From: Camelus dromedarius
Lineage: Eukaryota
Reading direction: 5' to 3'
NCBI RefSeq assembly: GCF_036321535.1
Contig: NC_087437.1
Location: forward strand, 23,066,001 to 23,130,000
Length of the DNA stretch: 64,000 bases
Below the pieces are notes generated by a model. It saw only the letters and a list, made by a program, of their open reading frames with translations. It had not been told where the DNA came from and did no database searches. Made by a program: the position numbers and the translations under genes. Positions within the stretch are counted from its first letter, which is position 1. Every line of letters starts with the position of its first letter. Below are positions 13,376-26,430 of this stretch, piece after piece.

Positions 13376-13764
13376 TTCTCCTAAATTTGGATATTTATTC
13401 TGTCTCCTCTCTCCTCAGTTATTTCTTCCTCCCTCAGTTGGTTCTGCTTCAGTCAACCTTTGCCATTTCTCCTGTGTGCTCCTCGGTTTGTCAGGGCAGA
13501 ATGGGGATGCTCAGAGTAAACATAATCTAAATTGTTAGCTCAATAACCTTAATTTTATGTGCAACGTGAAATTAATAGCTTCTGGTCAAGGCAGTGTTTA
13601 TTAGAGCCTCCCATGCCCCTCCCATAGAGAAAGGGAATAAGTCTTTTGTTGTCATTTAGAGACCACTTATTGTTTAATACAGGTAGGAGGCTGTTTCCAC
13701 TAGTTGAGTGGCTGGGGGTCTGACTGTCGGCTCATCCCTGTGGTGATTATGTACTTAATGCTTT

Positions 13765-13778
13765 TATATATATGTATG

Positions 13779-13837
<59 letters not shown>
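13765..13837. repeat. (TA)n / (TATG)n microsatellite
   Basis: Long TA run at the tail of an L1 fragment. Confidence 0.98.
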
Positions 13838-13841
<4 letters not shown>

Positions 13842-13985
13842 TGGAGTACAGTCAGTTTACAATGTTGTGTCACTTCCTGGTGTACAGCACAATGCTCCAG
13901 TCACACATGTACAGACATACATTCCTTCTCATGTTCTCTTTCATTATAGGTTACTACAAGGTATGGAATGTTCTCTGTGCTGTTT
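13838..13985 (-). mobile_element. Short L1 3' fragment
   Basis: cagtttacaatgttgtgtcacttcctggtgtacagcac...ttataggttactacaag, an L1 3'UTR terminus next to (TA)n. Confidence 0.75.
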
Positions 13986-14343
13986 GCTAGTCAGCTCCTT
14001 TACTGTCTATGGGGAAGAACTCAGAGCTAAGCGGGTTAAGCGAGCATCTGGTGCCTCCAGTGATAACCTTGGAGAAGCCCCAGGCCTTGAAATAATAGAC
14101 TGTGGGTAGGATGTTCTTTTATTCATGCCTGGAGAGTCTCAGAGGTGAGCATTCCTGGGCGGGGGAGTCCCATGGAGCCTAGAGACACTGGCAGCACACC
14201 TGACAGTGGGCAGAGCCCTTCCTCCCCTGGCCCACTGCCATCAGGCCCTAGACGGAGTCCAGAAGCATCCCCGCTCCCCAGGGGTTTGCTTCCTCCTGCA
14301 GGAGGAGGGGCCGCCCCACTGGCAGGAGAACAGTGGGCCTCAC

Positions 14344-14520
14344 CGGACCTTGTTATGAGGTTATGTTTTCATCTTGTTCCAGTCTCTGCTTGGCTGGCTA
14401 GGAGTGCTTCTCCGTAAGGGTCCTCATAAACGTGTCACCACACGAATTCTCTGTAAGAACTGGTAATTCTTCATATCTGCCTTCAAACATTTGAGTAATC
14501 AATTCCCCTGAAGTCTCCCG
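14344..14520 (-). pseudogene. PKD1-family relic exon: cytoplasmic linker before TM6
   Basis: Acceptor tattcttcag|, donor CCG|GTGAGG; FLQRIRVVTRL* / LTEKHS*PAKQRLEQDENI resembles the R....Y.Plt.......k.r...e linker; stops and a frameshift. Confidence 0.45.
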
Positions 14521-15645
14521 CTGAAGAATATTAAGAGAGAAGATCAAAGGCAGTTGTACAAGGGATGGTGCTAAAAAGCGGGGAAAGTGATGCTGATTTC
14601 CAGTAGATAAGATGATGTTTGCTGTTTCACTGTAGTTTCCAAAACAAAATAAATGATAAGAACCAGACAGGGAACTCCTGGAGCTTGCTTGAATGTGAAC
14701 CTGTTTTCCTTCTGCTGTCTGTGGCTGCGGTGGGAGAGAAGGCCTTGGAGTGCTGTGAGAGATGACTGGAAAGCAAATGCCTTTGCACTGAATTTATTAT
14801 CTAGTCTTTCCAGTTTGATGGTGGGATTCTGTTCTCCTCATTTCTCACTGTTCTGACTACTTCTTACCTTATCCATGATTATAAGGTATCCTTTAAATAA
14901 ATGCGTGTGAAAAATTGAAATTTAAGACCATCACATAGTCTCCCTTTAAGTCATGCGTTTGTCTTGCCATGTAAGAATTGCCGTGTACGATGCCAAACTT
15001 TGGGTGTCAGATCTCTGCCCTGTGGCCCTTTTGATTGGGTTGCTTTTGTGATCACAGTGCATCAACCTAGGTTTTCCCTGTCACACAAATGTGCAGCCGG
15101 TAGCTTAGTTTTGACAGTTTTAGTTATGTGTCTCTTTATAGCATATGGTCACAAACTGACAAGAAGAACTGTATTTTGCTAAATATAAATCCTCCAGGAA
15201 AAAGAGAGAAGTGGCTTTTTGGGCAAAAACTATAAATTCTTTTAGAGTTAATTTGTTTCAGGTTAGATCAAGAACCATTTCTAGGTAATAGGAAAAATGT
15301 TTTAATATCTAGTTGATAAAATACAGAAAGTTTCAAACATAAAATTAATGGATGATTTTATACCATTAAATGTCAATCCTTTAATTATGCAGTTACCATA
15401 AAATATGAGTGAAAATAAAGATGTGGTCACACCATGCTCACTTATGCAAATGTATGCATGCTCTGCTCTACCAAAGGAAGTCCATGGTGTGGATGACTCC
15501 CAAAAGGTGGAGGACCATAGTGTGAGGCCAGCATAGACATACCTGGATCATGTGGCACACAGAGAGGTCAGTTATCTTGGAAACATCTAATCTCAAGCGG
15601 AGATTCAACAGGGATACAATAGATGTTTTTCCAAAAACAGGCTGC

Positions 15646-15709
15646 ACCTGGCTAGCTCAGTTGGTAGAGCGTGGAACTGTCCAGCTCACGGCTGAGTCCG
15701 TGTTGGGCT
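15646..15709 (+). pseudogene. Degenerate tRNA-Lys-like pseudogene / tRNA-derived fragment
   Basis: CCTGGCTAGCTCAGTTGGTAGAGCGTGGAACT...GAGTCCGTGTTGGGC resembles tRNA-Lys(CTT); anticodon loop mutated, B-box partly deleted, followed by a CAA-rich tail. Confidence 0.6.
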
Positions 15710-18700
15710 CCCAACACCAGCAACAACAATAACAAGAAGTTTCCGTGCTTAGGCTTCCAGGGTGCTGTCTCCATTTCTGTTCTCATCAATCCCAACTCGA
15801 CTCTTTTCACTTTATTCCTTCTCTTTAGATTATTTTTTATTTAAGCAGCACTTGACATGACAAAATCTTAGCCGTATGAAGTGTGTATTATATTGTGTAT
15901 ATTAAACCTGAACTCCCGATTCCAAATAGTTGACGCTTCTAACAAATTCTAACAAATCAAGATATTCCTGACTGGCTTTTGACTGTTTCACAAACAAAAG
16001 GTGAAACTTTAGGGACCTGCCCATTTGTTCAGGGTGTCCCTTTCATCTGGGATGTCCCGATGACCTTGTGTTTCTTCTCAATCTGTTCTTCCTTCATGGC
16101 CAATTCTGTCCTCTCTTTTCATACAAATGTGCCTGCCTTCCTAGAACCTATTTTGTTCTTATGTTCTTATTAGCTGACTCCATGTCCGTCTTCCCCACTG
16201 ACTATGAATTCCTCAAGTGAAAGAAGTTTTTCTTCTTGACTTCTGCTTCCTGTATGAAGAGCCAAGGCTCAGTAATTGTAAACATAAATAAAAGGTCCTG
16301 AAAGAGGCCCAGAAGCGTGTAGCACATGATATTGTTAACCTTGTAGGAAAGAGTCCATGAGCTTCTGTTCTGAGTGATGTTCCATTTCCTGGTAACTCCA
16401 TATCCCTGGCTGATATATTAACAAAGTGGATGAACCTGAAAATAATTTTCTCCTCTTATTGTTGACTTCACTGTTGTTTTTATTCTTTTATTCGAGAGTA
16501 ACTTAAGTACATTAACCATAAAAGATACAGAGACAATAAAACTAAACAGAACAAAACAAACAGGAAAAAAAAAAAAAACTAGGCAAAACAACAACAACAA
16601 AGAAACATGAAAACCAAAATGAAACAAAAGAGCCAAATAATAAAGGTGGGCAGGGAAAAAGAAAGCTGAAAGCTTAGCTTAATTAAGGCAATCCCTGGTA
16701 CATTCACTGTAAGGGGACATTAAAAGCCTTTGCAGCGTGTCTTATATAATTAAGCCGGTGGTGTTACAGCAATTCTTTGAGGGCCCAGATGGATTAATTA
16801 GCATATGCTATTGCATTAATAAGGTCAGTTGAGCGAGCTGTTCAGGACCTGAACAGGAAACACACATTAAGGTCTCTAGTAAGTATCTTGAGTGGAAATA
16901 TTCTGAGTTGTTGAGAGAACGTCCCCATCTAGGGCTCTTGCTCCTTGGATCACCTGCTCCAGGACTGATATGATTGAATTTGGGTGGAAAGGAGGCCTTA
17001 AGCAATGAGTCTGTTAATCTGGGTGTTCAGTAATCCATTGGGAGCCACCTCTAGGTATATAAAAATGTCAGAGGTATTTCCGTGTACACACTGCCACCAG
17101 TTAAAACAAACGGTCACAGAGTCAGAGGTAAAACTTGTCAAACACTCTCAGATACACCATTCATAGAACAAAAGGTTTCCTCAACTCTGCCCAATTCTAA
17201 ACAATTTAAGTAAAAGGTCGGGTGAAGGTAGGGGATGTTTACAAGGAACCAGTGGAATTTTACCACATGGAGGGGCCAACTGTAGACCCAGAAGGGAAAG
17301 GTCATATCAGAAGTTCCTCTACTTCTCCCTGGACCGTCTCCATTTCTCTCAGCCCACCTACTTCATCTTCTAGTCTCTTTATAAATCACTTTTCTCTGAT
17401 TCTTCATGCAAGGACTACAGATACCAACATGAGGCACATCTTCCCAGTCCCCATGTTTAGATGTCCTTAAAAATTCAGTGTTGTCAGGTTGTGACTGGAG
17501 TCCCCGAGTCCTAACACTAACCTCACCAAGGAAGGATCTCATTCATCCAGCTTGGATCAGTATTACCTTGACTGAATGATTTGGGCAAAAGAGGCAGGGT
17601 CCCAGAGGTTGACTGCTGGAGAGCGGTTTTAGAGGAAAAACCAGGGCCTGGGCAGCGTTCACAAAGATCTCATTCAATGAATGTAGGACCAAGCACATTT
17701 GCAGGAAGTGAAGACCATGAGGGAGCTTTTGTCTATTGAAGGGAAGGACATCCAGAACATTCAGGAATGAGCTTTTATTTCCTCTTAGGTTATGGAGGGA
17801 AATATTTTGTACCTTAATGAAGACTGTGCCTTGATCATAAGTGACATTACTTGGAAGTACTGAGTCTCAGTCACTGCTGTAGAAAGCCGGAGAGTGAAGT
17901 CCACACATACTTGTGAAATTTAAAGGCATAAGTAATTGCTTCCATAATTGTTTCTGCACATTTATCTTGAGAAGAGCAGTAGCTGGGACAATAATTAATG
18001 ATTTTAATAATAGTGGTCATTTCTTGCTGTGGACATTAGTCAGTATGTGACCTTCAGTTGTGACATTATACTCTCAGCCACAGTAATCACTTTTTTAAAA
18101 ACCCATGTAGAATAAGACACGAATGATACCATTTCCCTCTGACATCAAAAATGATGATGGTTGTGGGGACAGTAGTGATTGGCAGCAGCTACTTCCTTTC
18201 CCTCCTGCTCCTCCAGGGCCTCCCAGCAGGACCACTGTCTCCTCTTGTCACCGTGGGCTCCTTGCCTTCTCCTCTCCCCTTGGGTTCTCTTTTTAATCCT
18301 CCTATAGATACTTCACTGCTCCACAGTCACAACCTCCGCACTCCCAGCCGGAACATGGAACCACGCTTTATGCTTTACATTTTTCACATGAAATGTAGAC
18401 TTTTATGAAAATGATGTTTAAAATATAAATTGCATATCTGAGTCAGAACAACCTACAGCAAGCACATTTTAAGAATTATTCTGTAATACATTTCTTTCTT
18501 CTTTTTTTTTCATTTCTTAAGTGATGATTTTTTTTTTACATTACACTGTGACTTTCATCAGTATGCTTTAATTCTGATGACAGCACTACCAAAATAATAA
18601 ATAGTGTCTGCTCCAGTAACTTAACAGAGTAAAACGTTACCACCAGTTGTTCTGAAGCATTAATAAAAAGTTTGGTGCGAAGTGAGCTTCAACAGCATGA

Positions 18701-19399
18701 GAAGGAAAGGCATTAGATATCGAGGTGTGGGAAGGTTACTTCAAAGCAAAATATGCATTATGATAATTTGAGAGTCTAATAGTTACAGATTTTTCCTTTT
18801 CCTGTTTCTGTTGTTATGGAAAAATATAGTAAACTTTTATTATTCTATTCCTTGTTGAGTTGCCCATCTAATTTCAAGTAGCTACATGGCAGGAACCCTT
18901 TCATACTTCTTTTATATTGCCTCAGCTGAGCACATAGCAGGTATTCAGTAAATGTTTGTCGATTGATCAATATGAACAAATAAATATTTATCCTTATAAA
19001 AAGTTTTCCTGGATTTTTAAATAATTCTTAGGAAACCTCAATGTAGAATAGAATACAGTTTTTCCCTCTTCCTGCGTCCTTTTCCTCCCTGAATAATTCA
19101 GATGGGGTTGATAAAGGTGTCCATGTCTTTGGGAATGGGGAGCCAGGGAGGCCCAGAGTGGGCGGGCAGTCAGAGGTCTCGCAGGGAGAGAAGGGCACCT
19201 ACAGCTGATGGTGGCCCCACATGGCTAGTTTGAACCTGAGCAGAGTGAGAGAGAAATTCTTGGGGATGGGTGGTCTTGTGTACCATGTTTGAATCTGAAC
19301 AAGTTGAGGGGGTGGCCATGGAGGGGTTACAGCTGGCGTGGGGAGTCAGAGCCCAAGCAGGCAGAGGAGAACGCCTGTGCTGGCTTTGGAATCTTTAAA

Positions 19400-21560
19400 T
19401 GGGGAGTATCCAGAAATGGGATATTGACTCTATATATGGAGAAACTAATCAAATGAATGTATGTCCTAAAGATAATGGGAAGCAGTTTCTCATAGTTGGA
19501 AATGGTATTACAAATATAGCAAGGGAGAAAACTAGAATGGACTCTGTAGATTGGATTCAACAGTATTAGTGTGAATTCATGGCTTTTAGGATAAATTGAT
19601 AAAGATAGGTAACTACAGAATTAAATACAGTTAATGTGTTTGTAAACCCACTAAACATTGATGTACACGTGTGTCTGTGAATGTTAAGTGTGTGCACACG
19701 TCTATTCCCTTGCTCTGCCCACTGGCAGGATTCTGTAACCACTTTTCTCCACAAAAAGTATCCAGGGCTCCTTTGAGAAATGCTGCTTTCAGGGCTGGTG
19801 TGGGTGAAGTTTAATAAGCCAGAGTCATCTTGTGGCAGAAGAAAGAATTCAAAGCCTTCTCGGAGGGGCTCCCACGAAACAAAGTCCAATTTCAGTATCA
19901 AAATAAATATTTGAATGGATTGCAACCTATTGGCAAAACAGAAAACCAGGAGTCTATGGTGATACAGTTAAGTAAATGAATAAACTAAAAGCTTGATAAG
20001 AAACAGGATATTTAGATCCCACATTAATCAAGTGATCAAAGTGAATACCATTATCAGTGGGACAAATTGAAATGATGCCCCAATTCTTACACACTAGATG
20101 AATAAGTGAATGACTAATGAAATATGAAGAAGGAATTAATGCAATAAAAGCTGAAATATACGTCTGCGCTGGGCTGCCACCCATGCTGGGCTGTGGCAAT
20201 GGAACTCAGCGCCGAATACCTCCAGGAGAAGCTGCAGCCTGACCTGGAGGCAGAGCACGTGGAAGTGGAGGGCACGACTCCCAGACGCTGTGCGTCCAGC
20301 TTTCCAGTCCTTGTGGCCTCGTCGCCAAGTTCGAGGGGAAGCTGCTGCTTCAGAGACACCTGCTTGTGAACACTGTGGCTAGCGAAAGAGCTCCGGCACA
20401 TCCACGCCTTCGAGCAGAAAACCCTGACCCCAGAGCAGTGCGCCCGAGAGCAGCAGAAATAAGGGACCCGGACCAGCACACCAATTAAATCATGAATCAG
20501 GACTAAAAAAAAAAAAAAAAAAAAAAAAAATGGCTGAAATATATATATATGGGGGGGAGAATAAAAGTCTTATTAATCAATAAAGGCAATATATGGCAAA
20601 ACTGATAAACATTTGCTAAGTCTGACCGGGGGGAAAATGACATAGGCAATAATTTAGTAATAGAAAAGAAGAAATAGGGCTATTAACTAGAGCTGTGGAA
20701 TTGAACAAATTTGAAGAAAATGCTATGTATGTACAGATTTGGACCAATAAATTTGCAATTCTAGGAGAAAAAAAATTATTTTTTTCTAAGAAAATGTAAA
20801 TTAATAGCAATGACTCAGAAAGAAGTAGAAAACTTCAAAACCATCAATAGCACAGAAGAAATGGGAAATGCAGTCAAAAATCTTCCTCAAAGAACTAGTG
20901 CCAGATGGTTTACTCTAAGTTTCATAGAAATTTAAAGGAATAGCTAATGCTCATGTTTTAGAAATTCTTCTGGATGATTAAAAAAGGTGGAAAGCTATCT
21001 AATTAATTTTCCAAGGCTAATTTTAGAGTGATACCTAAACTGTATGATTTTAATACAAAAAGGGCAAACTTCTAGTAGTATTCGGATTATAAACATTGAT
21101 GCAAAAATTCAAAGTAAGTTATCAGCAAGGAAACTGCAGCAGAGGATTGAAAGTATGACTAAGCAGGGATTTCATCAGGAGATCTAATGCAATTCTCTGT
21201 AGAAACAGATTAGAAGGGGGGAAAATACAATATAATCATCTTAATTGATGCCCTTCTAAAACAATTAGTAAAATCTACTACCAGTTAATATTAAAAAACT
21301 CTTCACTAGAAACAGAAGGGAAGCTCCTTAATGTGCTAACAGATAGCCATCAGCAATCCACAGCCAGTGTTCCAGAAAATGCTGTAACTTTTGAAGTCTT
21401 CTCAAAGTCAGGAATGAGACACTAATGAGATGCTATTCCCACAACTCTTCGACACTATAGAGGACTAAAACCAAACAATAAATTTGATAAGAAAACAGAA
21501 AGAGGAACCATTGGAAAGGAAGAGACAACTGTCATTATCTGTAGATGACACAATGATATT
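19400..21560 (+). mobile_element. Old L1M fragments hosting the BOLA2 retrocopy
   Basis: L1 ORF2-like remnants (ccagatggtttt, aaacattgatgcaaaaatt, aaagtcaggaatgagac, ttggaaaggaagag) 20560-21560, and L1MC-like sequence upstream. Confidence 0.65.
20161..20530 (+). pseudogene. BOLA2: Processed BOLA2 pseudogene
   Basis: ATG 20199: MELSAEYLQEKLQPDLEAEHVEVEGTT...AKFEGKLLLQRHLLVN...ELRHIHAFEQKTLTPEQCAREQQK*, TAA 20460-20462. Intronless, with +2 and +1 frameshifts, ATTAAA 20484-20489, poly-A 20505-20530, TSD GCTGAAATATA at 20150-20160 and 20533-20543. Confidence 0.95.
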
Positions 21561-22135
21561 AAATACAAAACTTCAAATTTAAAGGAGAAATATTTAAGCC
21601 AGGGAGACTTAAATGTGCTATTAGAATGAAAGCTCTAGGCTTATGAGAAGGGCCAGTGTCAATCATACCACTCTGGTTTTAGTCCTTCTTTGGCCCGGTA
21701 ACAAAATTAATTGTATAATGAAAGCATCCGTAAATGTTTGTACTATGTTAACTCAAGTTGTTTCCATAAGAAGTTACTTTGTTATCTTTAGAAATGAAGC
21801 TTTGTGTGTTATGCCATTATTTGGAAAAAGTTTCAAAATAGAAAACAGAATTGGGCTGGATTCTAATAGTTTTGCTGTTCCTCCAAAACAACCATTTCCA
21901 GATATTCACTCTCTTTTTTATCTGCTTATGGAAAGCCAGCAGATTCACATATTCGAATATATACAAACTCATAATCTATATTTGCAGTGGAGTTCCATTC
22001 ACTTTTTATTTATAGGACCTTCAGAGTTGTAGAAATTATTATTATCATCATCATTACTTTCATGCATCATTGAACCCATTTTGAGCCATTGATTCAAGTT
22101 TTCAAACAGGGGCATTAACTCAGCATGATACTTAC

Positions 22136-22260
22136 AATAGAAGATATTAAAGTCACAATTATGAAAAACATATCACAAGTGAAAAAATTCATCAGCAGAG
22201 ACAAAAATACACTCTGTTAACTGAAGACTAGACAAGAATTGATCCACACTCTCACAGGAC
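22136..22260 (-). pseudogene. PKD1-family relic exon: TM5
   Basis: Acceptor gctgttgtag| and strong donor ATT|GTAAGT; PVRVWINSCLVFS*QSVFLSLLMNFF has the W-x9-Q-S-V spacing of polycystin TM5; in-frame TAA. Confidence 0.65.
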
Positions 22261-22864
22261 CTACAACAGCTTTTCAAAAGGTGATGATACATGTGACAAG
22301 ATTCCTATGAAAATCAAATCTTTTCACATTTCCCATAAGTTTCTGAAATGCTTGTTAGCATGATCATTTCCTTACTTTTTCTTTGAAAGCTTCCATGTTA
22401 TCTGAAGACCACTTGATTGAACCATGGACCAGATGTCTGGAAACTTCACTTCAGCTCCACATATTTGAGGAAGGAACATTGAGACAACATCTGGGTTGAA
22501 ATTATATGTAGGAAGTGGAATAGCTAAGAGAAACTGCTCACCTCTCCCCTGTTTTCGTTGGAGGAGAGGCTCAAAGCCATTCCCTGGAACTGGGCCTAGA
22601 CTTGGTACTTCTCCATATTTGAGGACTTAATTTATTAAGTGGCAATGTTTGAAAGCTTCCATGCTGATAATGGTGCATTAGGAGTCATTGTGGGTAGGAA
22701 AGCAGAACCTCGTAGAACTTTTTTTCCCCAATAAACTCATCTCTTAAAATTATTCATATCTTGTCTCTGTTTTCAAAAGGAGCACATTAGTCTTCAGTTT
22801 AAAGAAAATGTTCCAAAATATTTTCCAAAAGTATTAAATCTACTTTTTTTTTTTTGGGTGTTAC

Positions 22865-23036
22865 AGTAATCAAGAAGTAAATCTTAGTTCATTTAGTATA
22901 ATAATATAATGGTGCTTATAGGCAAAGAAAATAAACAAAACCTTCAAGTTGCATAGGAAAATATTCAAATTGGATGGAGCCTTAAGACACTGATACAGGC
23001 ATATGGCTTTTGGTTTCTGCATATTGAAGGGATTGG
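22865..23036 (-). pseudogene. PKD1-family relic exon: TM4
   Basis: Acceptor ctttgccatag|; NIFLCNLKVLFIFFAYKHHYIIILNELRFTS* aligns with TM4 s.ffiv.ygL.yg; stop near the end. Confidence 0.5.
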
Positions 23037-24297
23037 CTATGGCAAAGTCAAATAAAAATGTAAGCATGTGTGAGTGAATGGAAAAAGAAAAAGAGCAGAG
23101 AGACCTCTGTGGATGATCCCTTTTGCTAACTTCATGTTTTCTTGGCTTTGAAGTGGAAATATCTGATATTTCCAGCTTGGACTAATCACGGATTTCAAAT
23201 GAGTTTTCTTGATACTTGCTCTGACCTGATTCAGGTGAGCTTATTGCGTTTCCTTGTAGTCGAAAAGCAGAGGAACAGGAGGTAAGCCTTCCTTTGCTCA
23301 TTAAGGTTTCAGCCAGTGATCTTAACTCAAGCATTTCTAATTAAAATGTAAAGATCATTAGTATGCACCATTAATAGAGGTTTGTCTTTGGACTCAGAAT
23401 GCTCCGATGGAAATGCCGGGCGCACGCCTGCATCCGCTGGTGCCGAACAATTGCTGCTCTTGGCAAGGTCTCAAAACAGGCTGGGGTTTCTGTCTGCTAC
23501 CTGAGCTGCTGGTGACAACTGCAACTTATGTCAGGCTCAGGGGCCAGGAGGAGCCAAGAGGAGAAACAAGCTGCAAAGGCAGCTTTTTCCTTTTTACTGC
23601 TTCTAATTCCCAGCACCTGCATTGCTGAATAAGAAAGAGGCAGAGGCATACTGAGGCTGATAAGAAAGACATTAAACAATATTTTTAAATTATTCACTGC
23701 CTCCCCGTCCTCTGCCAAGAAAAAAAAGATGTATATTCATCTGATGGCATATCATTTTTATTCCTTTTGGGCTTGAGGAATTCAAGTCTCTGTGTAATCC
23801 CCAGTCATGCAGAACATTTTAATATGTGTTATCTTTTCCTAAAGATGAATATTACTTTTAGTTTGACATTTTAAATTGAGAGATTAGCTGAAAGAAAATT
23901 TTAATTATGATGGATAAATTACTTAATTTTGAATATAAAAATTGTGATTAATTGAATCTTTAAAGGCATATAATATATGTACAGGAATTAAAGGAACAAT
24001 TTAACCCAGAGCTTGTAACACTTATGGCTTCTTTTATATATGTAGTGTTAAAAGACTAAATTAAAGAGACATAATAAACAGCAAGTTAAAACAGAGAGAG
24101 CAATGAGAATGGTCTACTACTTGGCCTTCATCTTAGACGTATTAATGTGGGGATTTAAGACAAATCAGATACAATAATTAAATTAATGAATGGTGTTTTA
24201 GACAATCTAGTAATTACAGAATTTTTTGTCAATTTGTTACTTTTACTCGCTTCTGTATACAATCATGTGAACTTCTGACCCATTTCAGTTAGGTTAC

Positions 24298-24439
24298 AAT
24301 ATAATTAGTGTTTTTATTAAAGTATTTGGGGCCAATAGAATAAGAAATGTTTCTTCCATAATCAAGGCTACTGTGTTGCCTGAGGAAGACTTGTTTTTTG
24401 CTGGGGGAAGGTTATTTGTGGTTTCAAATTCAGTTAGAC
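24298..24439 (-). pseudogene. PKD1-family relic exon: TM3
   Basis: Acceptor tttgctattag|, donor ATT|GTAACC; ALIMEETFLILLAPNTLIKTLII fits the TM3 pattern eS.lI..P.n.li..lf. Confidence 0.55.
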
Positions 24440-24974
24440 CTAATAGCAAATACTCATAATTTACATGCACATTATTATGCATTTCATCTTACTGATTAAC
24501 CTTGTTTGAATTATTTGAGGAAGGAATGAGAGCACTGACTTTATACTATGGTTTTATATAAAATTCCTTGAAGGTTTAGAAAATCTGGAGACTGAAAATG
24601 TACAATATGACAGGAGGAAGAAAACTATTATTCTTCAACATACCTGCAATAAGAAGGTGCTGGCTTTTCATCTGTATCATAAATTAAATGCTTGCTCCAT
24701 AAAAGGCTGTTAATAATTTGAGGACATCAAGGAAGATAATCATCTAATTACCATGACAGAAACAGTGGTAGAAGTAGGGTTGAAGTCAAGGAAGAGATGT
24801 ATTAAATCACTGTCTTTTTGAGAACAGATACTGTCCAGTTTTCATTTAGATATGGCTATTGGAATATACTGAGAGAGGTCCAATGACTATATATTTTTTA
24901 AAAGAGATGATTTGTTAACTATACATCGATGAATTCAATTGTCATACTTAATTTTTTTTAATTTTTTTTAAAAA

Positions 24975-25100
24975 TAAGCATTTTTATTGAAGTATAATTG
25001 ATTTATAATGTTTCAGGTGTGCAGCAAAGTGATTCAGTTATTTATATGTATATATATCTTTTTTAGATTCTTTTCCATTATAGCTTATTACAAGATATTG
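24975..25100 (-). mobile_element. Short L1 3' fragment
   Basis: tttttattgaagtataattgattta...gtgcagcaaagtgattcagtta...ttattacaagatattga. Confidence 0.75.
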
Positions 25101-25370
25101 AGTCAATTGTCAGACTTTTATAAGATTTCAAATTTAAGTATTTATAAATCAGACAAAAATGTTAGATTACATGTTCTGCTATCACCATGTTTCATATCAA
25201 ATACTTACCCATTTAAAAATAAATGTGTGCATCCAAGTGATTCCCTTTTAGATACTGAGTAAGTCCCATTTGCCAAATGTAAAAGTCCAATGAAAGAAGA
25301 CCTTGAGTTGTTACAGTCAACTTACCCCAAGTTGAGTTCATCAAAGCCTGCAAAACCATAGCCGTTAGAA

Positions 25371-25515
25371 GAGTGGTTCTCCACTTTAGTAGTCATCTGA
25401 ATCACCTGGAAGGCTCATTCAATCCATGCTGCTGGGCCCCACCCTCAGAGTTTCCAGTAAGTTCCCAGGAAATACTGCTGCTGATATTGAGGGACCCCAT
25501 GTTAAGAGCCACTGC
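25371..25515. mobile_element. MER5-family hAT element
   Basis: agtggttctc...gaatcacctgga...gctgggccccaccctcagagtttc...ttaagagccactg. Confidence 0.7.
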
Positions 25516-25599
25516 GTTCGAAGATGGCTTAGAGCTCTTAAGAAAAGATTTCTCTACCTTATTCCAGTTTGCACTTGGGCTAATTTTTTTTCTTCCTGT

Positions 25600-26430
25600 G
25601 TAATTCATCAGAAAACATTCAGTGCATGTGGTTCTAAAACATTCTTTTTTGACTTAAAAGTGTATCATGAACACTTATCCAACTCAGTAAATACAGATAT
25701 ACTTTGTTCATTTTAATAGTGGTCTGATTTTTTGTTGTATGTCTGAATTCTAATTGATTTAACCGATCTCCTGCTGATGGACTTTTGCTGTCTTCATTTT
25801 ATTGCTATAACAAATGATATTGCAATGTGTGTGTGTATGTGTGTCTTTGTACACAAGTAGAAGTATATCTATGAGATAGATTCCTCAGAACTAAAGTTTT
25901 GGGGTTGACAAGTATGCCCATTTGGAATTTGGAGTTTTTGTCTAATGGCCTTTTAAAATCCTTATGCCGATGTAAAATTTCACCCACAACATTTGAGTGA
26001 CTTTTTTTCGTTCCCTCACATATTTATAACACATTATGATAAATGATCATTAGTACAAACTAGATGTTTTTATTTATATTTATTTAATCATTATTGAAGT
26101 TATCATCTTATGTGTTTATTAGTTACTTGCTTATTTCCATAATTTCCACGTTGTAAATGATTTTTATAAAAATTATTTTCCCAAATGATACTCTAATAGT
26201 TGTATAGTTTTGATTTCCATTTTCACACTGCTAACCCTCTGGAATCTAGTTTTGAATAAGGCATGAGGCAAGGGTCTAAGTTTACTTATTTTCCAAATAA
26301 TTAACAAATGCTTCCAATACTAGTTATGAACCAAATAATTAGCCCACTGAGTTGAACTGTCACCTTTATAATATTAAAAGCTATCTCACACCTAGATCAG
26401 TGTCTGGATTCTCTTTCGTTCCATCTGAGC
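25600..26430 (-). mobile_element. Old L1ME-like fragment
   Basis: T-rich degenerate L1 antisense signature (tctcctgctgatggac, atatctatgagatagattcctcagaa). Confidence 0.55.

Noticed and set aside
13704..14109. ORFs with YI repeats
   Set aside because: Artefacts of (TA)n plus an L1 fragment.
20114..20479. Minus-strand 121-aa ORF
   Set aside because: Antisense shadow of the BOLA2 retrocopy.
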